A stretch of DNA of 64,000 nucleotides, taken from positions 17,484,001 to 17,548,000 of the forward strand of contig NC_043024.1 in assembly GCF_006345805.1 (NCBI RefSeq), read 5' to 3'. The notes beneath the pieces are model-generated. The model saw only the letters and a program-made list of their open reading frames with translations, ran no database searches and was not told the origin of the DNA. The DNA is from Octopus sinensis. Lineage: Eukaryota. Shown here piece after piece: positions 1 to 12,431 of the stretch. A program made the translations under genes and the position numbers. Each line of letters opens with the position of its first letter. The first letter of the stretch is position 1.

Positions 1-59
<59 letters not shown>
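1..59. repeat. (AGAT)10 followed by (AG)n microsatellite
   Basis: Read directly from the sequence. Confidence 0.97.
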
Positions 60-237
60 AATGTATATATGCATGTGTGTTTGAGTCTGTTTTCCACCAT
101 CATTTGACAACTGGTGTTGGTTTGTTTACATCCCTGAAACTTACATATTCAACAAGAGAAACCAACAGAATAAGTGCCAGACTTAAAGAACTAAATACTT
201 CAAGATGGTGCTCCAGTATATACGCATATACATAAGC

Positions 238-452
238 ATTGGTGTGGGTGCTGGTACCACGTAAAAAGTACCCAGTTCACTCTGTAGAATGGTTGGCATT
301 AGGAAGGGCATGCAGCTATAGAAACCAAGCCAAAACAGATTGTAGAGCCTGATGTGGCCCCTGGCCTTGCCAGCTCGTCAAGCAGTCCAACCCATGCCAG
401 CATGGAAAACAGACGTTAAATGATGATGAAGATGATGATGATGATGATGATG
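238..452 (+). mobile_element. Family D: 5'-truncated RTE-LINE 3' tail with (GAT)n end
   Basis: ttggcattaggaagggc...ccaacccatgccagcatggaaaacagacgttaaa(tga)n matches the 3' UTR of the RTE at 39657-40715. Other copies lie at about 1455-1690(-), 7795-8110(-), 9440-9530(+), 16810-17110(+), 20830-21030(-), 33740-34030(+), 55760-56025(+), 56810-57100(-) and 62190-62412(+). Confidence 0.8.
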
Positions 453-1024
453 ACGACCACTTGTACACATATATTAATCAAAAGTTCACTAGTAGATTCT
501 CCCCCACCTGTACCCCATCGTTACGTATTATTTCTTTGTTCAGATTATTCAAACCACTCTGGCTATTCTCATATCTTTTCTGTTTTCTTCCACAACCTTA
601 GAATTCTTCATCACTAAATTTAAATTTAGTTAAGATAAAATGGTAAAACCATTATCACATAAACAAATTGGCACCATTCCACTTTGACCTTTCACCAAAC
701 CAGATGCCGTATTCTAACATGGTCTTCTGTTGTCAAAATTAGTTTTCATTTAGCAAAAAAGAATTGGTTTGATGCCAAAATAAAATTGTAATGTTAAAAT
801 ATTCATCTTGAAATTTAATGTTTGCAAGATTTTCTATTGAGACAAAGAATTTCTATTGAAAACAATTAATCACTAATGAGATAATCTTCTCTGCTGGCAG
901 AACATTTAAAATTAGTAAAATATAGCACCAGCCTATAATAAATAGTCTTTGACTAACCAATGAGAACACCTCTGACAGCCTGACCTGCTTGCTAGAAATA
1001 GCATTCATATGTCAAATAGGTGCA

Positions 1025-1430
1025 TGTGTGGCTCCGGGGGTTAAGAAGCTTGCTTCTCAACCATGTGGTCTTGAGTTCAAGTTCCACTGTGTGACATTGT
1101 GGGCAAGTGTGTTTTACTATAGCTTCAAGTGAGTGGGTTTTGTACAGAGAAACTGAAAGAAGACAGTTGCATGTGTTTGTGTTTGTGTGTGTTAGGGTAT
1201 GTGTATGTATGTACTTTTGTCTTGAGATCAAATGATGGTTCTAAATGAACATCACTGTCATACATGCGAGGTTGTTCATGTCCAGTCTTCTGTAAAAATC
1301 ATGTCTGGCCATGGGGGAAATATCGATATTAATTTGCTTGGAAACAGATGAGAGTTGGTTACAGGAAGGCATCCAGATGCAGAAAATCTGCCTCAGCAAA
1401 TTCTGTCTGACCTATGCAAGCACAGAAAAG
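1025..1430 (+). mobile_element. Family A2: tRNA-headed SINE with RTE-like tail
   Basis: The head resembles family A (gtggctc...ggttaagaagcttgct...gagttcaagttcc). The tail (acaggaaggcatccag...gaaaatctgcctc...tatgcaagc) resembles family D. Related copies are at 41757-42105 and 57130-57290. Confidence 0.6.
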
Positions 1431-1699
1431 TGGAGATTATTCATTATCATCATCATCATCATCATCATCTAACATCTGTTGTCCATGCTGGCATGGATTG
1501 GATGGTTTGACTGAAAACTGGTAAACTCAGGAGCTGCACCAGGTTCCAACCTGATTTGGCAAGGTTTCTATGGCTGGATGCTCTTCCTAATGCCAACCAC
1601 CCCAAGAGTGTAATAGGTGCCTCTTATGTGCTACCGGCATGGGTGCCAGTTATGAAACACTGGTATCAGCCATGACTATGATCTTACTTGTATAGACCA

Positions 1700-1940
1700 G
1701 CGTATCCCATCAGAGTGACACAGAGATAGAAATGTATGAAGCCCACTATGCCCATCCTGACTACCTGTCTGATAAGGGTACTTCAGGTATAAGCATCACA
1801 ACCATATCTATGTGTGACATGGTGATCCCATATCAAGATAAACAGTGCATGACTTTGCATGTTGGGCCTAGTTAGAGTTTTCTTCAAGTTTTCTCAAAAG
1901 TTGGAATACAGGTTAAGGGTGATGAATGAAACACCCATAT
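1700..1940 (-). mobile_element. Family F SINE, 3' half only
   Basis: Matches the 3' half of the full copies at 44560-45139 and 55183-55762 (tgataagggtac...gcatcacaaccat...aagataaacag...atgaaacacccat). Confidence 0.75.
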
Positions 1941-4190
1941 GCATCCTTTTAGATCGCCTTTTCTAAACCACAACCAACTCTTGTCCCAACCAGTGCTTGC
2001 TTTATCTCTAGTGTATTGCCTATACCATAAATTAGTCCTTCCATTCCTCTTCAAGTTCTTTTTCCACTCTTCCTGCATTCATTTGGTGTTAGTGCATCGG
2101 CAGATCGCAGTGTGTCAAGGTCTCTTGCATTTGATATGGTGTTACCCTTTACATTCTGAAGGTACCAAACTAGATTGCTTTCTATACTCTTGACACAAGT
2201 TTCACCACTTCTTAGTCCTCTGCCTCCTTTCTTTCTTCAATCTTGCGGCATCACTTCTTGGGTTGTGTTCCCCATGTGCTGTCATCAATTCCCCTGTTTC
2301 CTTAATAGTACTTTCTAATTCATCATTTCTCCATTTAATAATTCCTGCCCTGTACTGTATACAAGACACAGCCCACATATTCTTTGCCTTGATCTTCTTC
2401 CTTCAATTTAGATGACACTACAAGTCTCACCTGCCTGAGATATTCTTTTTCGAACGTCTTCATTTATTTCTCTTTGATATGATCCAACTTCCAGATACTT
2501 GTATCTTTCCTCTCTCATTTTCTTAATAATCTGGTCATTCACAAGTCTAGCTTCTCTGTTCTTTGTTAGTTTTCCATGTTTCAAGGTTATAATAGCCCAT
2601 TTTTGATCCCAAATTCCATCCCAGTATCCTAACTAATCAAGTTAATTGTAGATGTTAATGTATCAATTTCAACCTCATCTATCTCAAATAGCTTTAAATC
2701 GTCCATGATGGTTGATCTTAATACCATCTAGCACGTATCTCATTTTCACTTTTATAAGGACATGAGTCTGGGGTATCATGTAGGTGACAAATAAGAGTGG
2801 TGATAAGGTGTCTCTCTGAAATATACCCCTGTGTGTTGACAGATCCTAACTGTTCCCCACAGGGATTTAACTCGGCTTCCTGTTGGCCAGAAGTCTTTCT
2901 GTAAAACTATTTTCATTGTCTGGTACTTGAGTAAATTTCAGGCACTCTGATATCCAACTGTGGTGCAGGTGGGGGGGAGGGGGGAGCATGCTGTAGGCTT
3001 TCCTATAGTCCACCCAAGCCATGTATCACTTTTTACATTCTGCAGGGATTGTTTTATCAATCAGAAGTTGATCTTTTCTACCCTGCTGTTCTTTTGACAC
3101 CATTTCTTCTCTTCCAGTAGAATTTCGTTTTCTTCAAGAAACTTATTCATGGTCTCAGAGATGATCTCAGTCACAAGTGTGCACATTAATGCAAACAAGA
3201 TATGAGTCTATAACGATTTACTACAATGCCTTTAGCAGTGTCCTTCTGACAGCACAGTCCTACCTGCTGTCATCCATAAAGGTATCCTTGCTTGGTTATT
3301 TGACATGCCATTCATTTGAGCTGTAATTTGTACATGTAAAGATGTCAGCTTCTTCAAACCAAAAGCTGAGGATTTCATCAGGACCAAGAGCTTCCTATTT
3401 GGGAATTGATTTGATTTGCATGCATGCCATTATTATTGTTATTTCAATATCACTTTGCTTCACATTTGTGTTCTTCTCCCTCAGCCCCTTCAGCCATTCT
3501 GCAGTTTTATTACACTCTACCTCATTATCCCAGATGTTTGACCAAAATCTTTTGCTTTCTTTTACATTCAGTGTCACTCTTCCTTTCTTACATTTAACCT
3601 TGAAGTATTGGTAAATTCTTTTCAAATCATACTAGAACATTCTATTGATTTTGTATTGTGTCCTTTGATCAAATCATTTCAGCTTGGATGCCTTGGTCTG
3701 CTTTCTTTGTTTCAACTCCTCAATAATGACATGTATACCTTTCTTCAGTGAATTATACTTCTTTTCTATTTCAAGATACTTATGCTTCCTTATTTCCCCT
3801 CTCTTTTTACATTCCAAGATGTTTATATGCTTTCTTAATTCGTCAATTTTCTAATTCTTCTCGTCCGTCATGGTTCATTCCCTTTTTTTCCTATTCAATG
3901 GATTTACAAATACCATTTTCCTTGCAACAAACATAGACATAACACCACAAGTTTATTTGTATCAGAGACATTTTCCGTTCTAATATCTTTCAGTACATTG
4001 TTCACCATTTTTTCGCTCATTCATTCAGAGATATTCCGTCCACCTTCTTCTGTCCTTCGGCTTGGTTCACTTTGCCCTCCTACAGGATCCCAATGGTCTT
4101 GCTAACCATCTCCTTATTCTTTTCATTCATCTCCAGGATCACCAGCTCTCTTTCAAGCTCATTTTCATTCACCTCATTCCTTACTCTTTT
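1940..4190 (-). mobile_element. Decayed R4/Dong-clade LINE, RT-containing portion
   Basis: Minus-strand translation gives ESKRFWSNIWD..AEWLK, an approximate PNWKAPGPD motif, a YKYL/KEYLR/WAV..Y.AGII.W block, GGRGL, and WLWFRKGDLKGC. Many stops and frameshifts. Confidence 0.8.
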
Positions 4191-4665
4191 ATCAGCATCA
4201 TAATCATCATCCTCAACTGTGACCTCTCTCTGCAGATACAATTCTCATTATTATTATTATTAGTAGTAGTAGTTGTAGTAGTATTAGTATTATTATTATT
4301 AATGTTATGAAGGCAGCAAGCTGGTATATCACCCACCACTATGTACTGAGTTCAAATTCTGCTAAGATCAACTTTGCTTTTTATCCTTTCAGGGTTGATC
4401 AACTTAATCCCCTCTCCCAAGCTGTCCTTGTGGCAAAAATTTGAAATCATCTTCATCATCATTATTATTATTATTATCATTATTATTATTATTATTATTC
4501 AGCAGTCTTATTTGTATAACGTGTTTTCACTTCACTACTGAGTGTAGCTCTGTGTACCTTGGGCATATACTGTTGTTTGTTTTGGTGCTCTTATTTCCAC
4601 TGTATTGAAAACGTTTTATGTAGGATGGGTTCGGTGCCTAGTAGTACTATTTTCAGTATGTTATA

Positions 4666-5945
4666 TTAGGTTGTCAAGTATGAAATTTGTAATGAGTTAT
4701 ATGGTAAACTTTGATAGCTGCTCATTTTGCACCATTATTATATTTTGATAATCTTTATTTTTTGTTAGAAAGCTGACATCTATTTCTTTATTCTAACTCA
4801 TTTTGCACTTTATATAAAGTATTTATAAATCGTTTTTTGCTATTTTGGTTTAGAGATGGATAAGTCAGAAATTCATACAGTTTTGAAATATGAGTTCTTT
4901 CTTGGAACTACAGCATCACAGACGGCTTGGAGTATTACTGGAGTATTTCATTCTAATGTTACAATGTTATAATTACACAGCAGACAGTATCAAATTGGTT
5001 TGCAAAATATCATTCTGGTAACTTTGATCTCACAATGCTGTCAACCAGAAACAAAGGTGGATAATGATGAACTGATAGCTACCGTCGAGTTAGATCCATC
5101 TCAAAGTACCCATGAATTATCGTTGTTGTTTGGTGTTAGCAAGCAAACAATATTGACTCACCTAGTTCAAATCGGTAAAAGTGTAAAAGTTGGATAAGTG
5201 GGTTCCACATGAACTCAATGGAAATCAGAAACAGCAACGTTTGGAAGCCTGCATTATGCTATTTTCTTGTCACAAAAATGAATAATTTTTTAATCAAATT
5301 GTAACGTGATGAGAAATGAATCCAGTACAACAACTGTAAACATTCAGTACAATGGTTGGACAAAGACGAGCCACCAAAACACTGTTCAAAACACAAAATT
5401 CATCAAAAGAAGCTGATGGTGTGTGTTTGGTGGTTTGGTGCAGATATGATCCATTATGATTTCATTAAACCTGGCTCATCAATCATGGCTGAAGTATACT
5501 GCAGCCAGCTGGACCAAATGATGCAGAAACTTATAAAAAAAACCAGTCTAGATTAGTCAACAGATCCACTCTTATTTTATTGCAAGACAACACCACACCA
5601 CACGTCACAAAAATAACATTAGCAAAACTACAGGATTTGGAAGTTCTCCATCATCCACCATTTTCATCTGATCTTGCCCCCACTGACTACCACCTCTTCC
5701 AGAATTAGGATAACTTTTTGATAGGAAAAACATTTAATTCCGATGATGCTGTAAAACAGGCCTTCCAAAATTTTATTGACTTTAGATTGCCAGGCTTTTA
5801 CAGTTCCGGGCTGGACAAGCTGCCGCTGAAATGGTGAAAGTGTATTGACAATATAGGTGCATACTTTGATGAATAAAACTATTCCTTGTATTTATAAAAC
5901 ATTGGCAAACTTTTTTTTCGACAAATTTCATACTTGATGACCTAA
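4666..5945 (+). mobile_element. Full-length (1280 bp) mariner transposon
   Basis: Left TIR TTAGGTTGTCAAGTATGAAATTTGT; right TIR reverse complement TTAGGTCATCAAGTATGAAATTTGT. TA dinucleotides at 4664-4665 and 5946-5947. Confidence 0.93.
4856..5876 (+). pseudogene. Mariner transposase pseudogene
   Basis: MDKSEI start, WVPHEL, IVT*DEK, KLMVCVWW, LQDNTTPH, HPPFSSDLAPTDYHLF, and GAYFDE* end. In-frame stops and frameshifts. The last two catalytic Asp are 32 aa apart here (canonical 34), implying a 6-bp deletion. Confidence 0.9.
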
Positions 5946-6354
5946 TATTATAAGGATTGTTTCTGTCTTTCGGCTCCACATTTGGGTTATCTCTATTTGC
6001 AGATCTTTATATTTCAAGAGTTTCTCCATTTCTTTTAGAGATAAATTATCATCTGTTGGTATTGATACGTTAATTAGATGGCATTGGTTTTTTTTCTTGG
6101 TGACAGCTATATCTGGTCTATTGGTCTTGAATTCTTCATCCGTGTGTATTGATATATCCTAGAATATGGGTTGCTTTGTCATTTTCTAAGACCTTTTCTG
6201 GGATATGCATATACCATCTTTTTTCTTTTATTCAATAGCGTTAGCATATCTTCCAGTCTATATATGTCCCAACACTTTCATGACTGTGGATGTATTCCTC
6301 CTTAGCCATGACTGGGCAGCCAGAAACAATATGATTTATTGTTTCTTCCCCATC

Positions 6355-6360
6355 ACTACA

Positions 6361-6408
<48 letters not shown>

Positions 6409-6440
6409 CATCATTATTGGCCCTCATGGCCAATAAAATA

Positions 6441-6495
<55 letters not shown>

Positions 6496-6496
6496 T
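6355..6496. repeat. Two (ATT)n tracts
   Basis: Read directly; they lie between two R4 fragments. Confidence 0.95.
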
Positions 6497-7192
6497 GATG
6501 AAAACTCTCAGCTTATTTTGCTTGGTATGATGGAAAGTGTCAGCTGTCCACAGCCAGCAAACTAAGGTGACACTTGTTCACTGGTCATGCTTCAAAAACC
6601 TTGCTAAATGTGTTCTATCTTTACATTTGTACCAATTTTTTTAGACATGTTGGTAGTTGAGTGCAGCTACTTTTAAATGCACCAATTACTATTTCTATCA
6701 CATCTACTCTCTTCATTGACCACAACCTTCATATTTCTCACTTAAAGTCATCATAGTTCTTTAATTTTTCTTCTTTTTCACATTGATCCTGTTGTCACTG
6801 GGACATGCTGTGTCAGTTATCATATATATTCTTTCTTTTATATTCACCACAACAATGTCCAGTTTCCGATGTCTGGTCGAATGATTGTACTAGATCATTG
6901 CATCCCACAGGATCTTGCAATTCTCATTTCCAGTGACTTCTGAAGTTTTCTCATGCCACACTGCTGCTCTTTGTAGGCTGTCATTTCCACAGAGCTCCCA
7001 ATGGATCATTCTTGCCACATTGTCATGGTGTCTTCTGTAATCACATTATGCCAATTTCAGGCATTCGCTAACAATGTGCCATACCATTTCACCCCTGTTA
7101 CCACACGTTCTGCATTTGACATTATTGGTAGTGTTGTCTGATCATATAATTGGTCCTTAATGCTTCTTCTTGAGCTGTACATATGAGTACTG
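6497..7192 (-). mobile_element. R4/Dong LINE 3' fragment, second subfamily
   Basis: Translates to VLICTAQEEALRTNY..KCRTCGNRGEMVWHIVSEC..HDNVARMIHWELC..KILWD..RKLDIVVV..D.ACPSD..IVIGAF. The 3' end runs into (AAT)n. Confidence 0.82.
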
Positions 7193-7239
7193 AAAGATGA
7201 GTGATTTGGAATACCTGTCACAAGCGTCACCCCAGGAAA

Positions 7240-7731
7240 TGTGGTATTGTGCATTTAGAATTTGTCCCCCAGAGCCAGACCATCAATCGAGAGCTCTACT
7301 GTGATATTTTAAAATGTTTGAGAGAGGACATTTGGTGAAAGCAACCAGATCTGTAGAGCCTGGAGAACTAGATTCTTCACTGAATTCTCTTCAATCATGA
7401 GTTTCTTCCCAAAAAGCAACATGGTATCACTTCCATACCTATCCTACTTGCCAGATTTAGCACCTACAAACTTCCATCTCTTCCCAAAGATGAAAATGCA
7501 GCTCAAAGGTTACCATTTTAACATTGTTGTTGAGATCCAGTGCAAATTGGAGAAGGTCCTTGACTCACACAAAATAACTTCCCAGCCAGATTCCCAAAAT
7601 GGCAGGAGTGCTGAGACCAGTGTATTACTGTGCAAAGTGACTATTTCGAAGGTGATGATGTTAAAACTTAGGTAAATAAGTTATTTTCTATTAAACATAA
7701 CTAGTCTGGGAACCTTTTGATACCATCTTCT
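7240..7731 (+). mobile_element. Mariner (irritans/Hsmar2-like) 3' fragment
   Basis: GIVH.EFVPQSQTINRELYC, YLPDLAPTNFHLFPKMKMQLKG and DYFEGD motifs. The right end reverse-complements to a TIR-like TAGAAGATGGTATCAAAAGGTTCC. Confidence 0.75.
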
Positions 7732-8126
7732 ATTATATATAGTCTACAGGCTAGCACTCCTTTTTCAATTCCAATTTCTTTTGATACAACCTATATAAAT
7801 CATCATCATCGACGTCATTGTCATTTTACACCCACTTTTCATGCTAGCATGGGTTTGACGGTTTGACTGAGAATTGGCAAGCTGGGAGGCTGCACCAGAC
7901 TCTAGTCTGATTTGGCAAGGTTTGTACAGCTGGATGCCATTCCTGATGCCGACGATTCCAAGAGTGTAGGAGATGCTTTTACATGTCACCAGCATGGATG
8001 GCAGTCAGGCAGCACTGGCATTGGCCACACTCAAATGGTGCCACCGGCATGGGTGCCGGTCAGGGGGCACTAGTATCAGTCATGCTCGAATAGTGCGTTT
8101 TATGTGCCACCGGATATTACAAAAGC

Positions 8127-8219
8127 TGCTACTCAGAGTTTCACATTTCCATTCATTGGACAGTTTAGATTGAGAATCTAAATTTTCCAACAAACGGGAG
8201 TGTGAAACTCTGAGTAGCA
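8127..8219. repeat. 93-nt near-perfect hairpin
   Basis: Perfect 19-bp arms at 8127-8145 and 8201-8219. Inner pairings ttgga/tccaa and tttagatt/aatctaaa, with a GAG loop. Confidence 0.9.
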
Positions 8220-8367
8220 ATTTTTTTGCAATATATTTGTGATGTTTTTGCAGCTTTAACAATAATAAAGCATATTACTCTACCTCTGGTATTCGAGTAC
8301 TGTTTTCTCCCACCTTATTTCATATTTATGTGCTTACTCAGGTATGTGTGTGTGTGTGTGTGTGTGT

Positions 8368-8505
8368 GAAGGCATGTGGCTTAGTGGTTAGGGTGTTTGG
8401 TTCACGATCATAAGGTTGTGAGTTCAGTTCCTGGCGACGTGTTGTATTCTTGAGCAAGACACTTTATTTCATGTTGCTCCAGTCCACTCAGCTGGCAAAA
8501 ATGAG
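8368..8505 (+). mobile_element. Family C tRNA-derived SINE, head and core
   Basis: A box tggcttagtgg, B box agttcagttcc, core ttgagcaagacactttatttc...ccagtccactcagctg. Other copies at 14350-14665, 25972-26530, 26635-26920 and 27320-27590. Confidence 0.8.
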
Positions 8506-9298
8506 TTGTAGACACATGCCTGTTTGAAGAATTTCACATTTTTCCACTTTATTTCTAGTCCTAAATGGCTTACATTTTTTTATATCTAGCACTATGTCAT
8601 TCTCCATTTGGGTTAAAATAAAGCAAACCTGCAAAACACAACTGATCTTTACACACACAGACGCACAGAATAACAGCAATCAAATAATGAAAGCGGAATG
8701 CACAACAAACATCAGCGATCTGATTCTTGATCGCCTGTACTCTTGACAAGAGATGTCAGTTAGTTATTTTACACCTGCCAAGCTCGTTTGTATTAACCCG
8801 AGTTGCTGGATAATTTTTAGTTCTTTCAAGAATATTGTAGAATGGAAACTTTTCATAGATTGGAATTTAAATCCTAATCTCTACAGAAATTTGTTGTTTC
8901 AAGAAAAAAACTGAATTTGAATTACTTTTAATTTTTATGATTATAGATAACAACTCAGGCTGTAACTTCTGAGCCTGAGTCAGGCGTATGTGAAAGATGT
9001 CAAGAGAACGTCTGCTACAAATAATATTTTTTGACACAGGGCACCTCTAAAATGACTGTCAGATGCTGAACAAAAATAAATGAACTGTGACCAGACTCAA
9101 TCAAAGGAGCCTGAGTTATTGGCTGCAATTACCTACTTGAGGCCAGTGTTGGCAGAAATTGAATCAGCTTGCAAATACACGTTCGCTTTACTAAATATGT
9201 ATTTGGGCTAAGTGCCAAACAGCCAGAGTGCCAGAGTCACCATTATCACTAAATCCACAAGTTGCTTTTAGTCTCTCTCTGTTTATATCCTCATATTC

Positions 9299-9430
9299 CT
9301 TTCTGTTTAAGAGCGTAGGCTCGAAATATAAAGAACTTTCTCACATTCCAAAGTGTCAAACGAATACACCTGTTTGTTGTTTATACACCTGTCTTCATCT
9401 TTTGTTTTTCTGTAAATTTCAACTATATAT
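9299..9430 (+). mobile_element. Family H Penelope-like short element with degenerate hammerhead motif
   Basis: cttt-CTGTTTA-a-GAGC-gtag-GCTC-GAAA-tata-aag, followed by the same tail as 63046-63140. Confidence 0.6.
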
Positions 9431-10507
9431 ATATAGCTGGTACAGACTTGCCAGCTCCAGTCTAACTGTCCAACCCATACCAGCATGGAAAAATAGACAT
9501 TGGATGATGATGATGATGACGACGGCGACGACGGCAACGCCAACATAAATATCTATACACATATATACATATGGGAATATATATTTGTATATTTGTAAAT
9601 CTGAATCTAAATATATTTATATTTATATATATATTCATATATATATATATATATATATATGCATGTTTGTATATATATATATATATTATGATGGCACTAT
9701 GTATATGTGTGTCTGTGTGTATACAAACATACTTACACATGTACATACATGTGTGTGTATATATCTTCATAGATGCATTTAGTTTTGTATATAAGTATGC
9801 ATGTGTGTTTGTGTCTGTATACACATCTATAAGTGTGTGTGTGTGTAAATATATGTTAGCTCAGTACCGCCACCCCACCCCTGCCACCAATGTTTAATGT
9901 TTTCCCCAATCTAAAAATCTATTTCATTCATTACAAATGTTTATTTCAATAGAAATTAATGTTTCACTGGAGATTTTCAACATTAATTGTTCCTATTAAT
10001 GTCTGTATTGTCATCACCATCATCGACTTTGGCATTGTCATCACCGTTGTCGTCATGGAAGCCAACAATTCCGACATCTACAATCAAAGATTAAAATATC
10101 TCTCTTCTGCGCTGACGGTAGGTATACCCGAGCATGTGATGGATAACAGCCACCAAACCATCACATGGTCAATGAGGAAACCTGTAATAGTCATTCTAGC
10201 TGCTAGAAATAGCAGTCAAATGTTTCCTCATATCACATTTTATAATTTATCTTTCATCTTTTACATGTTTCAGTCATTAGATTGTGCACCACCTTGAGGA
10301 ATTTTCAATCAAATGAATCGACCCCAGCACTATATATATTTTTTTTTGCTAAGCCCATTACATATTCTATAAGTCTTGTTTTGCTGAACCACTAAGTTAT
10401 GGGGGATGTAAATACACCAACACTGGTTGTCAACTGGTGGTGGGGGACAAACACAGACTCAAAGGCACACACAGAAAGATATATATATATATACATACAT
10501 ATATATA

Positions 10508-10893
10508 GGCACAGGAGTGACTGTGTGGTAAGTAGCTTGCTTACCAACCACATGGTTCTGGGTTCAGTCCCACTGTGTAAAACCTTGGGCAAGTGTCTTC
10601 TACTATAGCCTTGGGCCGACCAAAGCCTTGCAAGTGGATTTGGTAGACAGAAACTGAAAGAAGCCCATCGTATATATCTGTGTGTGTGTATGTTTGTGTC
10701 TGTGTTTGTCTCCCACTATTGCTTGACAACTGATGTTGGTTTGTTTATGTCCCTGTCACTTAGTGGTTCAGCAAAAGAGACCGATAGAATAAATACTAGG
10801 CTTATGAAGAATAAGTCCTGGTGTTGATTTGCTCAACTAAAGGTGGTTCTCCAGCTTGGCTGCAATCAAATGACTAAAACAAATAAAAGAAAA
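10508..10893 (+). mobile_element. Family A tRNA-derived SINE with internal (TA)/(TG) microsatellite
   Basis: A-box/B-box head and a taaaaga tail. Other (+) copies: 13908-14280 (A box 13914-13925, B box 13957-13967), 14686-15066, 19580-20025, 26925-27315, 35365-35705, 37045-37500, 46328-46685, 63160-63390 (partial). These probably include described octopus tRNA-SINE families; assignment not verified. Confidence 0.88.
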
Positions 10894-10904
10894 AGTACGT
10901 ATAT

Positions 10905-11066
10905 ATGACGGGCTTCTTTCAGTTTCCGTCTACCAAATCCACTTACAAATGTTGGTTGACCAAAGGCTACAGTAGAAGACATTTGCCCGAGTTGTCACAC
11001 AGTGGGACTGAATTTGCAACCATGTGATTGAGAAGCAAGTTTCTGACCACACAGCCATGCCTGCTA
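10905..11066 (-). mobile_element. Family A SINE head, inverted relative to 10508-10893
   Basis: Reverse complement of the family A head (gacgggcttctttcagtttccgtctaccaaatccac...cacacagccatgcct). Other (-) copies: 10250-10460, 37650-37815, 42465-42830, 43690-44098, 58630-59035, 59447-59872, 62695-62880. Confidence 0.85.
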
Positions 11067-11614
11067 TCTTTTTAAAAGAAGGTATGGTCACATTGTATAA
11101 TGTAAGCCAAGATATAATAAAATATATTGAGGGTTAAATGGGATGGTCATGTTTAGAATGTCTCAAGCTTTTGGTTTTTTGGATCAACAACAAAATCAAT
11201 GACAGTAGATTTGTTGGAATGTATAACCAAATACCTTGTGGTATTTATTCTCTCTCTCTACTTTCTAAGTTCAAATCCTGCTGAGGTCTTTTCTCCCTTA
11301 AGGGTCAGTAAAATTAAGGACCAGTCCCAGTCAGTGGATTAGTGAACTGTTAGAGTAACAGACATGATACCTTATGGTATTTGACCGACCTTTTTCGTTT
11401 CTGAGTTCAAATCCCATGGTTGGCTTAGTCCATCTCATAATTTAACCCCAACTCCTGGTCCCTTTAGGTAAGGCCACTCTCTTGCAAGCACTCAAGCCAG
11501 GTCTCCAGTTTGCATAAAGTCCATCCCACTTACTCTCACATGTCCCTATGGCTCTGATAAAAATAAAGGGTGATTGATGCAGGCCCTCACTTCCTGTTTT
11601 TGTAGTCAATTGAC

Positions 11615-12040
11615 CTGTTAGAAACAGCTGTCAAATCACACTTTCTACCATCTTTAGAAAAGTTCAAAACACTTATGATGATACATTCCACGATACACTA
11701 TGCCTGACAACATGAAGATGGGATGGTCGTGGTGGGAGTGCCTGTGATTGTACATTTGCTGAATCAAGACTGACCTGGGCTAAACAACAACTGCAAATCA
11801 GCTATAAGGCTTCTAAACAGTTGCTTAACCTGCTAAAAATAGTAGTTAAATCTCCGTTAAATTGCACAGTGCCAGCTTAAAGAAAGGAAGGGCACATTTC
11901 ATAAATTAATCCTAGATACACAATGCCTCACAGAGAATGTTTGATACAAGGAAAGAATGTTTGGGAGGATGGTCATAAGCGGAACATCTTTGATCATGCA
12001 TGTGTTCTCGGTCAGGGTTGACCTGGAGCTTAGCAACGAA
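11615..12040 (+). mobile_element. Family I interspersed repeat (two copies) ending ...gacctggggctaaacaacaac
   Basis: Recurrent gaaatagcagccaaatctcc...gggatggtc...tgacctgg motif. Also seen near 11070, 15560-16010(-), 17280-17370, 42850-43050 and 53780-53960. Confidence 0.55.
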
Positions 12041-12319
12041 ACAACTGCAATGGTGGCGACGATATCAAAGATAATAAGAACCACAGTAACAACCACAACA
12101 ACAACATCAAAGACAACAACAACAATACCAATATGAAGAGTTAGCAATGCAGACATTAATCTCAACATTTCATATATAAATTGTCCTGTGAGAGAAGAAT
12201 CGCTTCTAAAGTAAAAAGTCATATTGACTGAAATAGAAATAGATTTCCTTTTGTGGAGGGCATTAAAAGATTGGATGGTTGTGGGGGGAGAGGCATTTTC
12301 CTCTGTATGTGCATAATTC

Positions 12320-12384
12320 TGTGCATTTACTGTATATATTTGTACATCGAAGTATATATATGTATATACATATATGCGTGTGTG

Positions 12385-12431
<47 letters not shown>

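Larger units (their letters stand above)
4500..6352 (-). mobile_element. R4/Dong LINE 3' fragment (zinc knuckle + REL endonuclease), interrupted by the mariner at 4666-5945
   Basis: 5946-6352 translates to EETINHIVSGC..NRPDIAV..VSIPTDDN..KYKDLQIEI..MW. 4500-4665 translates to KIVLLGT.PIL.KT. An (AAT)n tail lies at about 4462-4499. Confidence 0.8.
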
